A stretch of 64,000 bases of DNA, taken from positions 160,001-224,000 of the forward strand of contig CAWFKH010000005.1 of the NCBI GenBank assembly GCA_963816355.1, read 5' to 3'. The notes beneath the pieces are model-generated. The model worked only from the letters and a program-made list of their open reading frames with translations, did no database searches and was not told where the DNA came from. Every line of letters starts with the position of its first letter. Positions within the stretch are counted from its first letter, which is position 1. Positions 1-10,116 of this stretch are shown piece by piece. The position numbers and the translations under genes were made by a program. The DNA comes from an uncultured Gemmatimonadales bacterium. Its GTDB lineage: Bacteria > Gemmatimonadota > Gemmatimonadetes > Longimicrobiales > RSA9.

Positions 1-736
1 AGAGGCCGCCCACCTCCATGGTCCGCTCCTCCCCCGTCGCCGTGTCCACCAGCCGCAGACCCGTGATCTCCTCCTCGCCCAGCACGTCCGCCACCTCCGT
101 GTTCCACTCCACCCGGATCTTCGGGTTCGACAGCGTGCGCTCGGCCATGATCGCCGACGCCCTGAACGCCGCCCGCCGGTGGATCACCACCACCTCGCTC
201 GCGTACTTCGACAGGTACGTCGCTTCCTCCATCGCGCTGTCGCCGCCCCCCACCACCGCCAGCCGCTTGCCCCGGTAGAACGGCAACGCGCCATCGCACA
301 CCGCGCACGCCGACACCCCGCCGCCGCTGCGCGCGAGCCGCTCCTCGTTGTGCAGCCCCAGCCAGTTCGCGCGCGCGCCCGTCGCGATGATCAGCGTCCG
401 CGCCCGCACCTCCCCGCCGTCGCTCGTCTCCAGGAGAAACGGCGTCGACGAGAGATCCGCCGCCACCACGTCCTTCATCTCCACGCGCGTGCCGAAGCGC
501 TCCGCCTGCTCCCGCATCCGCGCCATCAGCTCCTGCCCCCCCACCCCCTCCGGAAATCCCGGAAAGTTCTCGATGTCCGTCGTCCACATCAGCTGCCCGC
601 CCGGAATCATCTCGCGCGACGGCTCCCCCTCCAGAACCAGCGGCGCCAGGTCCGCCCGCGCCGCGTAGATCGCCGCCGTCCACGCGGCCGGGCCGGACCC
701 CACGATCACCAGCGCTTCCGGCCTCGTCTCAGCCAT
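1..736 (-). CDS. trxB: Thioredoxin-disulfide reductase (5' part; runs off the window start)
   Basis: Manual translation from ATG 736: [30 protein letters not shown]...GGQL. The active-site [10 protein letters not shown] (CxxC) lies near 290-320. Absent from the ORF track because it is truncated. Confidence 0.93.
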   Translation of the reverse strand, partial: MAETRPEALVIVGSGPAAWTAAIYAARADLAPLVLEGEPSREMIPGGQLMWTTDIENFPGFPEGVGGQELMARMREQAERFGTRVEMKDVVAADLSSTPFLLETSDGGEVRARTLIIATGARANWLGLHNEERLARSGGGVSACAVCDGALPFYRGKRLAVVGGGDSAMEEATYLSKYASEVVVIHRRAAFRASAIMAERTLSNPKIRVEWNTEVADVLGEEEITGLRLVDTATGEERTMEVGGL

Positions 737-808
737 CTTCACTCTTCGCTTTCCACGGTTGCGCGGGCGCCGCGCTCGACGCGCCCGCCGTGCGATCTTC
801 TTCCCCCA

Positions 809-838
809 AGTATAGACCGCGGCACAAGCGGCCTGCAA
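809..838 (-). promoter_or_regulatory. Putative sigma70 promoter of trxB (TTGCAG-N18-TATACT)
   Basis: Consensus-like hexamers in the intergenic region upstream of trxB. Confidence 0.5.
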
Positions 839-923
839 TCGAAACCGCCATAGCGCCCGAATAGGTCCGCTATTACATTCCGGCAGCGTCCGATGAGACA
901 GACCTCCCGCAAAGGAGCCGACC

Positions 924-1697
924 ATCCCTTCTCCGTCCGCCACCGACATCGAACGCCTGCTCTCCGCCCTCGCCGGCGTCGTCTCCGCCAGGGTAGTCGT
1001 CTCCTCCGCCGGCAAGCCCGAGGAGATCCACATCCTCGCCGAAGACTCGCTCCACGCCAAACAGGTCGTGCGCAACATCGAGTCCGCCCTCAGCGCCGCC
1101 CTCGGCCTCGACATCGACCGCCGCATCGTCAGCGTCGCCCAGGCCGACGCCAGGGAGGTCTCCGGCAACGGATCCCGCAACGGCAACACCCTCGCTCCGG
1201 AGCCCGGCGCTCCGCAGCACCACGCTCCCGCCTCCACCCCGCGCCCCGCTCCCACCACGCCCCGGCGCGCGACACCGCCCACGCCCCCGCGGACCCAGCC
1301 GTCCGAGCCCGACACCCGCCTCGTCTTCGCCGGCCTCGACGTCACCTCCGACGCCACCCGCGCCGTCCTCTGCCGCGTCACCCTCCGCCACCCCGACGGC
1401 GACTTCGTCGGCGAGGCCGACGGCCTCGACACCCACCTCGGCCGCTGCGAGGCCGGCGCCCGCGCCGTCTTCGCCGCCCTCGATCGCGCACCCGGCGAGC
1501 ACGACCTCGTCCTCGAAGGCGTCAGCCTCGTCGACGTCGCCCGCGGCGCCCACGTACTCGTCGCCGCCCACGCCCTCGAGGGCCGTCAGCCGATCCCCCT
1601 CGTCGGCGTCGCCGAACTCGGCCGCTCCGCCGAGGAAGCCGGCGTCCTCGCCGCGCTCCAGGCCGCCAACCGCTGGATCACTCGCGCTACCGTCTGA
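924..1697 (+). CDS. Conserved hypothetical protein; probable non-canonical ATC start at 924
   Basis: The frame is open from 897 (in-frame TGA at 894). It reads as protein-like sequence ([18 protein letters not shown]...EEIHILA...[11 protein letters not shown]) well upstream of the first GTG (1068). SD AAAGGAG at 911-917 lies 6 nt before ATC. Confidence 0.75.
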   Translation: MPSPSATDIERLLSALAGVVSARVVVSSAGKPEEIHILAEDSLHAKQVVRNIESALSAALGLDIDRRIVSVAQADAREVSGNGSRNGNTLAPEPGAPQHHAPASTPRPAPTTPRRATPPTPPRTQPSEPDTRLVFAGLDVTSDATRAVLCRVTLRHPDGDFVGEADGLDTHLGRCEAGARAVFAALDRAPGEHDLVLEGVSLVDVARGAHVLVAAHALEGRQPIPLVGVAELGRSAEEAGVLAALQAANRWITRATV

Positions 1698-1742
1698 CCC
1701 ACCCCCTCTCCACCCCTCCTGCACCGCCACACCCGATCCCGC

Positions 1743-1790
1743 TTGACCCCCGCGCGCGTGCGCCGTATCGTAGTTGAGAACGAATCTCAA
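1743..1790 (+). promoter_or_regulatory. sigma70 promoter (TTGACC-N17-TATCGT) followed by a Fur-box-like inverted repeat TTGAGAACGAATCTCAA (1774-1790)
   Basis: Canonical 17-bp spacing. An AT-rich TTGAGA/TCTCAA palindrome covers the predicted +1, directly upstream of an iron permease. Confidence 0.7.
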
Positions 1791-1806
1791 GCGCAACGAG
1801 AAGACC

Positions 1807-3969
1807 GTGCATCGCTTCCGCTCCAGCCATTTCGCCGCCGTGCTGATCGCGACGACCCTCGCCGCGTGCGGCGGAGACGCGCGCGGCGGCGGCGCACGCG
1901 GCGCGAACCCGGGGGCAGCGGCGGCTGGGGCCGCGGCGGCGGGGACGGCGGATCGCGGGGCGGTGGGAGGCGCGGTGGTGGGCGGCGCGGCGGTGGGCGG
2001 CGCGGCCGCGGTGGTGGTGCTGCCGGGAACGCCGCCGGGCGACCTGCGCGACTGGGTGGGGGAGGTGATCGCGGGGCTGGACACGGTGCGTTCGACGGCG
2101 GAGACGCGGCCGTCGCAGGCGATGCAGACGGCGGTGACGCTGTACGTCTCGCGGCAGGAGTACATCGAGCAGTACTACGAGACGGGGCGGGGTCTGTACG
2201 CGGGCGAGCCGCTGTCGGCCGCGGTGAAGGAGGCGGAGACGCGTTTCCACGCGTTGATGGAGCTGTTGCAGACGTCGTCGCCGGGATCGGCGGCCGTGTC
2301 GAGCGCGGTGGCGGCGGTGCAGACGCAGTACCGGGAGGTGCTGCGGCAGGCTGAGGCGGCCGGCGCGCGCCTGACGCCGCGGGCGGGCGCGCATCCGACG
2401 GGAGCGGGGCGACCGGAAGCGGGCGCGGCGAGCCGCGCCTCGTCGCGGGGTGACCTGCTGGCGTGGCTGGACGCGCTGGATACGGGTCTGGGTGCGGCGC
2501 GGGGCGTGGCGGCGGGCGGGGACGTCGAGGATTTTCGCCGGCGGGCGCTGCGGCTCTACCTGGACGATTACGAGCGCATCGAAGGCTTCTACGGCGTCGG
2601 CGGCCGGTACGCCGCGGCCGGGCTGTCGGAAGCGGTAGGGCGAGGGGAGGATCTCTTCCATCGCGCGCTGCAGGCCGGCGACGGTGCGGCGGCGGTGCGG
2701 GGTGCGGACTCGCTCCTCGCCGAGCTGACGACGATTCGCGCCGCCGTCGTCGCGAGCGGGGTCACGACGCGCCCGGTGGCGGAGCCTCTCGCGGCGTCCG
2801 GCTCGGCGCTCGCGGCCGCCTCGCGGCCGAAGACGGGGGAGATCGCGTCGGTGCTGGCGCAGGTGGATGCGGCGGGCGAGTACTACGCGGCCGGGGACGG
2901 AGCGCGGGCGCTCGCGGCGGTGGAGCGCGCGTACCTCGAGGGATTCGAGCCGCTCGAGTCGCGGCTTCCGCGGGAGCTGACGGGGCGGATCGAGCGCATC
3001 ATCCACCTCTCTCTGCGCCCGGCGATGGCGCGGGGGGCACCGAACGCGCGCGTGCAGGCGGACCTGCGGGTGCTGCGCGCGGAGCTGGTCGGGGCGGACG
3101 CCGCGCTCTCGGCCGGGGCGCCGTTCTGGTTCGGCGTCTTCAATGCGTTCGCGATCGTCGTGCGCGAGGGACTGGAGGCGGTGCTGCTGATCGGCGCGAT
3201 CCTCGCCTATCTCACGGCGATCGGCGCCGATCGCGGAGCGCGCCGCAACATCTTCGTCGGCATGGGGGCGGGCGTCGTGGCGACGGTCGGGACGTGGGTG
3301 CTGGCGCGGACCGTCCTGCCGATCGGAGGTGCGCACCGTGAGCTGATGGAAGGGATCACGGCGCTGCTGGCGGTGGGGGTCCTGCTCTACGTCTCCAACT
3401 GGCTGTTCCAGAAGACGTACATCCAGGACTGGAAGGATTTCCTGCGTGATCGGGCGGGTGCGGCGGCGACCGCCGGCTCGGCACTCGCCATGGCCACCCT
3501 CGCCTTCGCCGCCGTCTTCCGCGAAGGGTTCGAGACGGTCCTCTTCTATCAGGCGCTCATGTACGACGCGGGGGCGGCGGCGGTGGTCGCCGGCTTCCTC
3601 CCGGGCGTGCTGGTCATCGTCGGCATCGGCTACGGCATCATCCGGCTCGGCGTGCGGCTGCCGCTGCGACGGGTCTTCGGCGTGACGAACGCGCTGCTCC
3701 TGTATCTGGCGTTCGCGTTCGTGGGCAAGGGCGTCTACAACCTGCAGGAGGCCGGGCTCTTCGCGCCGCACCCGGTCGCGTGGCTGCCGAGCGTGCCGGC
3801 GCTCACGCAGCTTTTCGGGTTCTACCCCATCGTCGAGACGCTGCTCGCGCAGCTCGCCTTCCTGGCGCTGCTCGCCGCGACGTACGCCTGGTACCAGCGG
3901 CGCCTGCCCGCCCACGTGACCGCGCTCCGGCGGGCGCGGGATCGACGCACGCAGGCGGACGCGGCGTAG
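1807..3969 (+). CDS. FTR1-family high-affinity iron permease with a long N-terminal lipoprotein extension
   Basis: The C-terminal multi-TM domain has REGLE and REGFE (RExxE) motifs. Lipobox LAAC follows GTG 1807 (the ORF track starts at 1774). Confidence 0.9.
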   Translation: MHRFRSSHFAAVLIATTLAACGGDARGGGARGANPGAAAAGAAAAGTADRGAVGGAVVGGAAVGGAAAVVVLPGTPPGDLRDWVGEVIAGLDTVRSTAETRPSQAMQTAVTLYVSRQEYIEQYYETGRGLYAGEPLSAAVKEAETRFHALMELLQTSSPGSAAVSSAVAAVQTQYREVLRQAEAAGARLTPRAGAHPTGAGRPEAGAASRASSRGDLLAWLDALDTGLGAARGVAAGGDVEDFRRRALRLYLDDYERIEGFYGVGGRYAAAGLSEAVGRGEDLFHRALQAGDGAAAVRGADSLLAELTTIRAAVVASGVTTRPVAEPLAASGSALAAASRPKTGEIASVLAQVDAAGEYYAAGDGARALAAVERAYLEGFEPLESRLPRELTGRIERIIHLSLRPAMARGAPNARVQADLRVLRAELVGADAALSAGAPFWFGVFNAFAIVVREGLEAVLLIGAILAYLTAIGADRGARRNIFVGMGAGVVATVGTWVLARTVLPIGGAHRELMEGITALLAVGVLLYVSNWLFQKTYIQDWKDFLRDRAGAAATAGSALAMATLAFAAVFREGFETVLFYQALMYDAGAAAVVAGFLPGVLVIVGIGYGIIRLGVRLPLRRVFGVTNALLLYLAFAFVGKGVYNLQEAGLFAPHPVAWLPSVPALTQLFGFYPIVETLLAQLAFLALLAATYAWYQRRLPAHVTALRRARDRRTQADAA

Positions 3970-4007
3970 GCCGCGGGCGGCGCGCCCGCGGGGGGGATCG
4001 CGGGGGA

Positions 4008-5057
4008 TCAGGCCTCGTCGCCCTCGCCCGCTGCAAACGCCGCTTCCTCGCGATCCTGGAAGAGCTTCAGGTTGGTGGAGTGCCCGGGGTTGTAGCGCGC
4101 CCTCGGGTTCATGAAGTGGACGGCGTGGTTGACCGCCATCGCGGCCTCCGCGAAGCCGGTCGCGATCAGCTCGAGCTTCCCTTCGTACGCGGCGATGTCG
4201 CCAGCGGCGAAGACGCCTGGGATGCTGGTCTGCATCAGATGGTCGACGCGGATGCTGTTGCGCTCCAGCTCGAAGCCCCAGGACGCGATCGGACCGAGGT
4301 CGGGCTTGAAGCCGATGAGCGCGAGCACCGCCTCCACGTCCAGCGTGACGTCTTCGTCGCTCCGGTTGTCGAACACGGTCGCCGCCTCGACGGCGCTCGC
4401 GCCGTGGATCGCGCGCACCTCGTGATAGGTGAGCATCGAGACCTCGCCGGCGTCGACCGCCTCGCCGAGCAGCTTCATCGAGTGTGGGTGCGCGCGGAAC
4501 CCTTCGCGACGATGGATCAGCGTGAGGGCGGCGACGCGGTCCTTGAGGCCGAGCGCCCAGTCGACGGCGGAGTCGCCGCCCCCCACGACGAGGATGCGCT
4601 TGCCGTCGTAGCGGGAGGGATCGCGGACGTGGTACTCGACGCCACGGCCGAGCAGGTCCATGTATCCCGGGCAGGTGAGGTGGCGGGGGCAGAGCGCGCC
4701 TTTGCCGCCCGCGATGAGGACGGAGCGGGTCGGGTAGAGCGTCCGTTCGGTCGCGAGGAGGAAGCCGTCCTCGCCGGGCTCTAGGGAGCGGACCTGCTCC
4801 TCGAGGCGCACGTCGCAGCCGAACTGGAGCCCCTGCTCGATCAGGTTCTCGCCGAGCTGCTTGGCCAGGATGCGGGGGAAGCCGCCGACGTCGTAAACGT
4901 ACTTCTCCGGATAGAGCGCCATGAGCTGTCCGCCGAGCTCCGGCAGGGAATCCACGATACGGCAGCTCACGCCGCGCATGCCCGCGTAGAAGGCGGCGAA
5001 CAGCCCGGTCGGGCCGCCGCCGATGATGGTAATGTCTCTCGCTTCAGCCCGTTGCAA
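4008..5057 (-). CDS. Ferredoxin--NADP+ reductase, TrxB-like type (YumC family)
   Basis: DITIIGGGPTGLFAAFYAGMRG, GGQLMALYPEKYVYDVGGF, GGGDSAVDWAL and C-terminal PGHST are present; no CxxC. TTG start at 5057 follows a GGTGAGG SD. Confidence 0.88.
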   Translation of the reverse strand: MQRAEARDITIIGGGPTGLFAAFYAGMRGVSCRIVDSLPELGGQLMALYPEKYVYDVGGFPRILAKQLGENLIEQGLQFGCDVRLEEQVRSLEPGEDGFLLATERTLYPTRSVLIAGGKGALCPRHLTCPGYMDLLGRGVEYHVRDPSRYDGKRILVVGGGDSAVDWALGLKDRVAALTLIHRREGFRAHPHSMKLLGEAVDAGEVSMLTYHEVRAIHGASAVEAATVFDNRSDEDVTLDVEAVLALIGFKPDLGPIASWGFELERNSIRVDHLMQTSIPGVFAAGDIAAYEGKLELIATGFAEAAMAVNHAVHFMNPRARYNPGHSTNLKLFQDREEAAFAAGEGDEA

Positions 5058-5109
5058 CGAACGCCTCACCGCCTGGTTCGACACCGCGGCCGCGGCTCCA
5101 CGGCCGGAG

Positions 5110-5138
5110 ATGGTACGCGTGAGAAGGGGTCCGGGCAA
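5110..5138 (-). promoter_or_regulatory. Putative sigma70 promoter (TTGCCC-N17-TACCAT) of the FNR gene
   Basis: Hexamer match and 17-bp spacing in the intergenic region. Confidence 0.5.
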
Positions 5139-5183
5139 CGAATACCCCACGTGCGACGAACGTTTCCGGAGCCGGGCGTCGAC

Positions 5184-5678
5184 TCAGCCGTCCGCGTGCG
5201 AGCCACCGCCGTCGCCGGCGAGCCCGAGGAGCGAGCCGGCGTGCAGGAGCACCTGGCGGGCGTTGTCGTAAGTGATCGTGCGAAGCGCTTCGGCGAACGG
5301 GAGCCAGACGCACGCGGAGATCCCCTCGTCGATGCACGGTCTCGCCTCCCCGGCGACGCACTCCATCAGGAAGAAGTGGCAGAACTTGTGGACGAGCCGG
5401 CCGCGGTCGCGGAAGTACCAGTCGATCGACGGCAACTCGCTCTCGACGCGCACGTCGTCGAGGCCGGTCTCCTCGGCCACCTCGCGCAGCGCGGCCTGGC
5501 GTACGCTCTCGCCCTCCTCCACGTGCCCCTTCGGCAGGCCCCAGTTGCCGTACGGGTCGCGGATCAGGAGGAAGTGCGGCTCGCCGTGGCGGTAGACGAC
5601 GCCGCCCGCGCTGGTCTCGCGCCTCGCCTTGCGGCTTCCGCCGCGCCGGCTGCGGCGGCCCTGCGCGTCCTCAGCCAT
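5184..5678 (-). CDS. NUDIX hydrolase
   Basis: Nudix box [22 protein letters not shown]. Confidence 0.92.
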   Translation of the reverse strand: MAEDAQGRRSRRGGSRKARRETSAGGVVYRHGEPHFLLIRDPYGNWGLPKGHVEEGESVRQAALREVAEETGLDDVRVESELPSIDWYFRDRGRLVHKFCHFFLMECVAGEARPCIDEGISACVWLPFAEALRTITYDNARQVLLHAGSLLGLAGDGGGSHADG

Positions 5679-6645
5679 GGACGACCCGCTCCGCGATCTG
5701 CACCGCGTTGGTCGCCGCGCCCTTGCGCAGGTTGTCGGCGACGATCCAGAGGTGCAGCGTGCGCGGCACGTCCGGGTCGATGCGGATGCGGCCCACGATC
5801 ACCTCGTCGCGACCCGCAGCATCGCTCGGCTGCGGCGGGCGCGGCGCGTCGTGAAGGCGCACGCCCGGCATGCCGGCCAGGGCGCGGTGCGCCGCCTCGA
5901 GGCCGAGCGCCTCTTCCGTCTCCACCGTGGCCGAGACGGAGTGGCCCACGTCGACCGGGACGCGCACGCACGTCGCCGCGACCGCCAGGTCCGGCAGCTC
6001 GAGGATCTTGCGGCTCTCGGCGCGCATCTTGTGCTCCTCCTCCGTCCAGCCGTCGTCGCCGAGCGGCCCGATCGACGGGATCAGGTTGCCGGCGATCGGC
6101 GCGGCGAACACGCCGCTCGGATCCTCGCCGCGCAGCTCCGCGCGCAGGGTGGCGATCCCCTTTGCGCCGGCGCCGGAGACCGACTGGTACGTGCTCGCCA
6201 CGACGCGGCGCAGCCCCGCCGCGCGCCGCAGCGGCTCCAGCGCCATGACGAGCTGGATGGTCGAGCAGTTCGGGTTCGCGATGATGCCGCGCGGCCGCTC
6301 GGCGATGCGGCGCGGGTTGATCTCCGGCACGACCAGCGGTACATCCGCACTCATGCGCCACGCGGAGGAGTTGTCGACGACCACGGCGCCGCGCGCCGCC
6401 GCGACCTCGGCCCACCGCCGGCTGCGCTCGGCGCCGGCGGAGAAGAGCGCGACGACGCAGCCGTCGAACGCCTCCGGCGTCGGCGTGCGGACCTCCCACG
6501 ACCGGCCGCGCCACGTGAGGCGTGAGCCCGCCGACCGCTCGGACGCCAGCGGCACGAGCTCGTCGGCGGGGAAGGCGCGCTCCTCGAGCACGTGCAGCAT
6601 CGTGCGGCCGACGGCACCGGTCGCGCCGAGCACGGCGATCTTCAC
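5671..6645 (-). CDS. asd: Aspartate-semialdehyde dehydrogenase
   Basis: [44 protein letters not shown]. The GTG start overlaps the lysC stop (GTGA). Confidence 0.96.
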   Translation of the reverse strand: MKIAVLGATGAVGRTMLHVLEERAFPADELVPLASERSAGSRLTWRGRSWEVRTPTPEAFDGCVVALFSAGAERSRRWAEVAAARGAVVVDNSSAWRMSADVPLVVPEINPRRIAERPRGIIANPNCSTIQLVMALEPLRRAAGLRRVVASTYQSVSGAGAKGIATLRAELRGEDPSGVFAAPIAGNLIPSIGPLGDDGWTEEEHKMRAESRKILELPDLAVAATCVRVPVDVGHSVSATVETEEALGLEAAHRALAGMPGVRLHDAPRPPQPSDAAGRDEVIVGRIRIDPDVPRTLHLWIVADNLRKGAATNAVQIAERVVHG

Positions 6646-7874
6646 GGCGCGCCGTCCAGCCCGAAGGCGCGGTGGAGCGCGCGCACGGCCGTGTCCGCGG
6701 CCGCCGCATCGACGAGGAGGGAGATCGAGATCGAGGAGGTCGAGAGGCCGAGGACGTCGATCTCCTCGGCGAGAAGCGCCTCGAACGCGCGGGCGTAGAC
6801 GCCGGGCCGGCCGTGCATGCCGCTGCCGACGAGGGTGACGCGGGCGAGGCCGGGGTGCGTCTCGACGTCCTGGCCGCCCAGCTCGCCGGAGAGCGCGTGG
6901 CAGATGCCGGCGGCGGAATCGAGATCCCGCTCGGGGACCGTGAGGCGGAGATCGCGCAGGCCGTCGACACGATCCATCTGCGATACCAGGTCCACGCTGA
7001 CCCCGGCGGCGGAGAGGCCGGAGAGCACGGCCGCGGTCGAGCGCATCTCGCCGGGCAGGCCGCGCAGCAGAACGGCCGCGAACCCCTTCTCCGCCGCGAT
7101 GCCGGTGAGCTCCAGTCCTTCCATCCGTGGCTCCTCGTGCGTGATGAGCGTGCCGACCGCGCCCTCCTCGAACGAGGAGAGCACCCGGATCGGCACGGCG
7201 AAGCGGGCGCCGAGCTCGACGGCACGGGCGTGCATCACCTGCGCGCCGCCGGTCGCCAGCTCGAGCATCTCGCGATAATCGATCCGCTCGATGCGCCGCG
7301 CCTCCGGCACGACGCGCGGATCCGCCGTATAGACACCGTCCACGTCCGTATGGATCTCGCAGCGCTCGGCGCCGAGCGCCGCGGCGAGCGCGACCGCCGT
7401 GGTGTCGGAGCCGCCGCGGCCCAGCGTCGTCACCTCGCGGCGCCGGCTCACGCCCTGAAAGCCGGCGACGATCACGATGCGCCCCGCGGCGAGCGCTTCC
7501 CGCACGCGCGCCGCGCCGACCTCCTCGATGCGCGCGCCGGTGTGCACGTCGTCGGTGATGATCGCCGCCTGCGAGCCGGTGAAGCTGATCGCCTCCTCGC
7601 CGCGCTCGCGGATCGCCATGGCGAGCAGCGCCATCGACACGCGCTCGCCGGCGCTCAGCAGCATGTCCACTTCGCGCGGATGGCGCCGCACGGCGTCGCC
7701 GGCGACCGCGGCCGCCAGCCTCAGCAGCTCGTCCGTCGCGTGGCCCATCGCCGAGACGACGACGACGACGTCGAGCCCGCGACGCCGCTCGCGCACGACG
7801 CGATCCGCCACGCGGCCGATCCGTTCGGGATCGCCCACGGATGTGCCGCCGAACTTCTGGACGAGCAGGGCCAT
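6642..7874 (-). CDS. lysC: Aspartate kinase
   Basis: [32 protein letters not shown]-terminal ACT domains. Confidence 0.96.
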   Translation of the reverse strand: MALLVQKFGGTSVGDPERIGRVADRVVRERRRGLDVVVVVSAMGHATDELLRLAAAVAGDAVRRHPREVDMLLSAGERVSMALLAMAIRERGEEAISFTGSQAAIITDDVHTGARIEEVGAARVREALAAGRIVIVAGFQGVSRRREVTTLGRGGSDTTAVALAAALGAERCEIHTDVDGVYTADPRVVPEARRIERIDYREMLELATGGAQVMHARAVELGARFAVPIRVLSSFEEGAVGTLITHEEPRMEGLELTGIAAEKGFAAVLLRGLPGEMRSTAAVLSGLSAAGVSVDLVSQMDRVDGLRDLRLTVPERDLDSAAGICHALSGELGGQDVETHPGLARVTLVGSGMHGRPGVYARAFEALLAEEIDVLGLSTSSISISLLVDAAAADTAVRALHRAFGLDGAP

Positions 7875-7905
7875 GCCGAATACTCATGCAAGAGACGGGC
7901 AGCCA

Positions 7906-7920
7906 CGGCACCGGCATTGC
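7906..7920 (+). promoter_or_regulatory. Putative sigma54 (-24/-12) promoter CGGCAC-N5-TTGC
   Basis: GG-N10-GC spacing with a near-consensus sequence, about 85 nt upstream of the receiver-domain gene. Confidence 0.45.
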
Positions 7921-8003
7921 GCCGCCACCGCCGGCGCCGAACATTATCGTGGTCCGCCGCGCGAGGCGACGACCGCCAACCTCGAACGCTCTCCGGTGCA
8001 CGG

Positions 8004-8372
8004 ATGGTCCGCAAGCCGATCCTGATCGTGGACGACGAGCCGGGTGTCCGCCGGCTCTTCTCCCGCGTGCTGCTCCGCGCCGGCTACTCCATCGCCGAGG
8101 CGAGCGACGGCGTCGAAGCGATCGCGGTCGCGCGCGAGCGAGAGCCGGCGCTCATCCTGATGGACCTCGACATGCCGCGGAAGAACGGGTGGGAGGCGGC
8201 GGCGGAGCTGAAGGCGGACCCGGCGACGGCGTCGATCCGCATCGTCGCCACGTCGGCACGCGACGTGTTCGAGGGCGGCGCGGGCCCGTTCGCCGAGTTC
8301 CTCTCGAAGCCGATCACGCCGGAGCTCCTGCTCTCGGCCGTCGAACGGCTGGCCGAGGGCCAGGCGCCGTGA
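8004..8372 (+). CDS. Stand-alone response-regulator receiver domain (CheY/DivK-like)
   Basis: ILIVDDE, LILMDLDMPRKNG, FLSKP. Confidence 0.92.
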   Translation: MVRKPILIVDDEPGVRRLFSRVLLRAGYSIAEASDGVEAIAVAREREPALILMDLDMPRKNGWEAAAELKADPATASIRIVATSARDVFEGGAGPFAEFLSKPITPELLLSAVERLAEGQAP

Positions 8373-8373
8373 T

Positions 8374-9360
8374 TCAGAAGATGCGCAGGTTGATGTACTT
8401 GCGCGGATTCTTGCGGAGGTCCTCGAGCAGCGCCTGCAACTGCGCGTTCGTCAGCACCAGCTGACCGTAGAGCGTCGAGTCCTGCAGCAGCCGCGCCACC
8501 GTGCCCTGCCCACGGGCCGCCATCGTCGCGACGTCGGAGAGCGCGGCGAAGGTGGTGTCCGCGTTCGCCATCGTGCGGTTGAGCCGGTCGCCGAAGCCGA
8601 CGAGCGAGCCGCTGATCGAGTCGAGCTGCGCGCTCGCGTGCTGCATGTTGCGCACGATGTCCGTCAGCTCCCCGCCCTGCACCGCCGCCTGCACCTGCTG
8701 CGCCACCTGCCGCACCGCGATGGCCGCCTCGTTCATCGTCTCGGTGGTCGCGTTCAGGTTGCCCGCGACGCCCTTCAAGGTGGACTCCTGCCGCTCGACC
8801 AGACCGGTGAGCTGAGAGCTCAGCTCCTGGATGTTCTCGATCGCGTCGCGCAACTGCAGCGCGGTCTCCTCCGTGAACGCGATCTGGATGCGCTCGCTCA
8901 ACGTGGCGAGGTTCTCGGCGATGCGGTCCGCGACGGCGGTGAGCTGCGAGATGTCGGGCAGAGAGTAGCCCGGCAGCACGCCCTGCTCGCGCGGCTCGGC
9001 GTAGTCGTAGCCGGGGAAGCGGCTCCTGGGGAAGACCTCGGCCTGCCAGTCGCCGAACATCGATTCCGGCGAGAGGAGCACGATCGCGTCCTGGGGCAGG
9101 TGGACGTCGCGGCGGACGGTCATGGTGACGAGGACGGTCTGCCCGTCCGGATCCAGCTCGATCTCCTCGACGCGGCCGATCGGAACGCCGCGCAGCTTGA
9201 CGCCGTTCCCCTTCAGCAGCTGGCCCACTTCGCGGAAGCGCGCCTGCAGCACCACCTCGTCGCGGCCGAGCCCCTTCCCCTTCAGCCAGACGATGCCGAA
9301 GATGGCGATGAGGATGCCCACGACGATCATCAAGCCCACGGCGACATCCGAGCGGCGCAT
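8374..9360 (-). CDS. mlaD: MCE/MlaD family protein
   Basis: N-terminal TM anchor, MCE motif VKLRGVPIGRV, long helical C-terminus ending NPRKY; in an operon with mlaEF. Confidence 0.9.
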   Translation of the reverse strand: MRRSDVAVGLMIVVGILIAIFGIVWLKGKGLGRDEVVLQARFREVGQLLKGNGVKLRGVPIGRVEEIELDPDGQTVLVTMTVRRDVHLPQDAIVLLSPESMFGDWQAEVFPRSRFPGYDYAEPREQGVLPGYSLPDISQLTAVADRIAENLATLSERIQIAFTEETALQLRDAIENIQELSSQLTGLVERQESTLKGVAGNLNATTETMNEAAIAVRQVAQQVQAAVQGGELTDIVRNMQHASAQLDSISGSLVGFGDRLNRTMANADTTFAALSDVATMAARGQGTVARLLQDSTLYGQLVLTNAQLQALLEDLRKNPRKYINLRIF

Positions 9361-10106
9361 CAGGCGGCCTCCTGTGCGAGATCCGGGCGGCCCTCGACGA
9401 ACGCGCGCACCACGGCGTCGTCCGTCTCCTGGGTCTCCTGAGGCGTGCCGACGAAGCGGATCGAGCCCCGGTAGAGCATCGCCACCCGGCTCGCCACGCG
9501 GAACGCGCTCTTCATGTCGTGCGTGACGAGGACGCTCGTGACGTTCAGCTCGCGGCGCAGCTTGATCACGAGGTTGTCGATCACCGCGGTGGTCACCGGG
9601 TCGAGGCCGGTCGTCGGCTCGTCGTAGAGGAGGTACTTCGGGCGCGTCGCGATCGCGCGGGCGAGGCCGACGCGCTTGCGCTGCCCGCCCGAGAGCTCGC
9701 CCGGCATGCGGGGGCCGAAGCCGTCGAGCTCGACCAGCCGCAGCGAGTCCTCCACCCGCTCCGCCGCCTCCCCCTCCGGCATCCTCATCCGGCGCAGCCC
9801 CATGGCGACGTTGTCGAAGACGCTCATCGAGTCGAAGAGCGCGGCGAACTGGAAGACGTACCCGACGCGCCGGCGCAGATCGTAGAGGGCGTCGCGCGTG
9901 AGGTGGATCACCTCCTGGCCATCGACGACGACGGTGCCGGCGTCCTGCCGCAGGAGCCCGACGATCGTCTTGAGCAGCACCGACTTGCCGGAGCCGGAGT
10001 AGCCGATCACGGCGAGCGTCTCGCCTTCCTCCACGTGGAGCGACACGTCGATCAGGACCGGCTTTGAGCCGAACGCCCTGGCGACGTCCTGCAGCACGAT
10101 GCTCAT
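9360..10106 (-). CDS. mlaF: MlaF-type ABC transporter ATPase
   Basis: Walker A GYSGSGKS, LSGGQRKRV, YDEPTTGLDP. Confidence 0.92.
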   Translation of the reverse strand: MSIVLQDVARAFGSKPVLIDVSLHVEEGETLAVIGYSGSGKSVLLKTIVGLLRQDAGTVVVDGQEVIHLTRDALYDLRRRVGYVFQFAALFDSMSVFDNVAMGLRRMRMPEGEAAERVEDSLRLVELDGFGPRMPGELSGGQRKRVGLARAIATRPKYLLYDEPTTGLDPVTTAVIDNLVIKLRRELNVTSVLVTHDMKSAFRVASRVAMLYRGSIRFVGTPQETQETDDAVVRAFVEGRPDLAQEAA

Positions 10107-10116
10107 CTGCGCCGCC

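Noticed and set aside
820..838. sigma54-like CGGCAC...TGCA upstream of the 924 gene
   Set aside because: The GG-to-GC spacing is 12, not the required 10.
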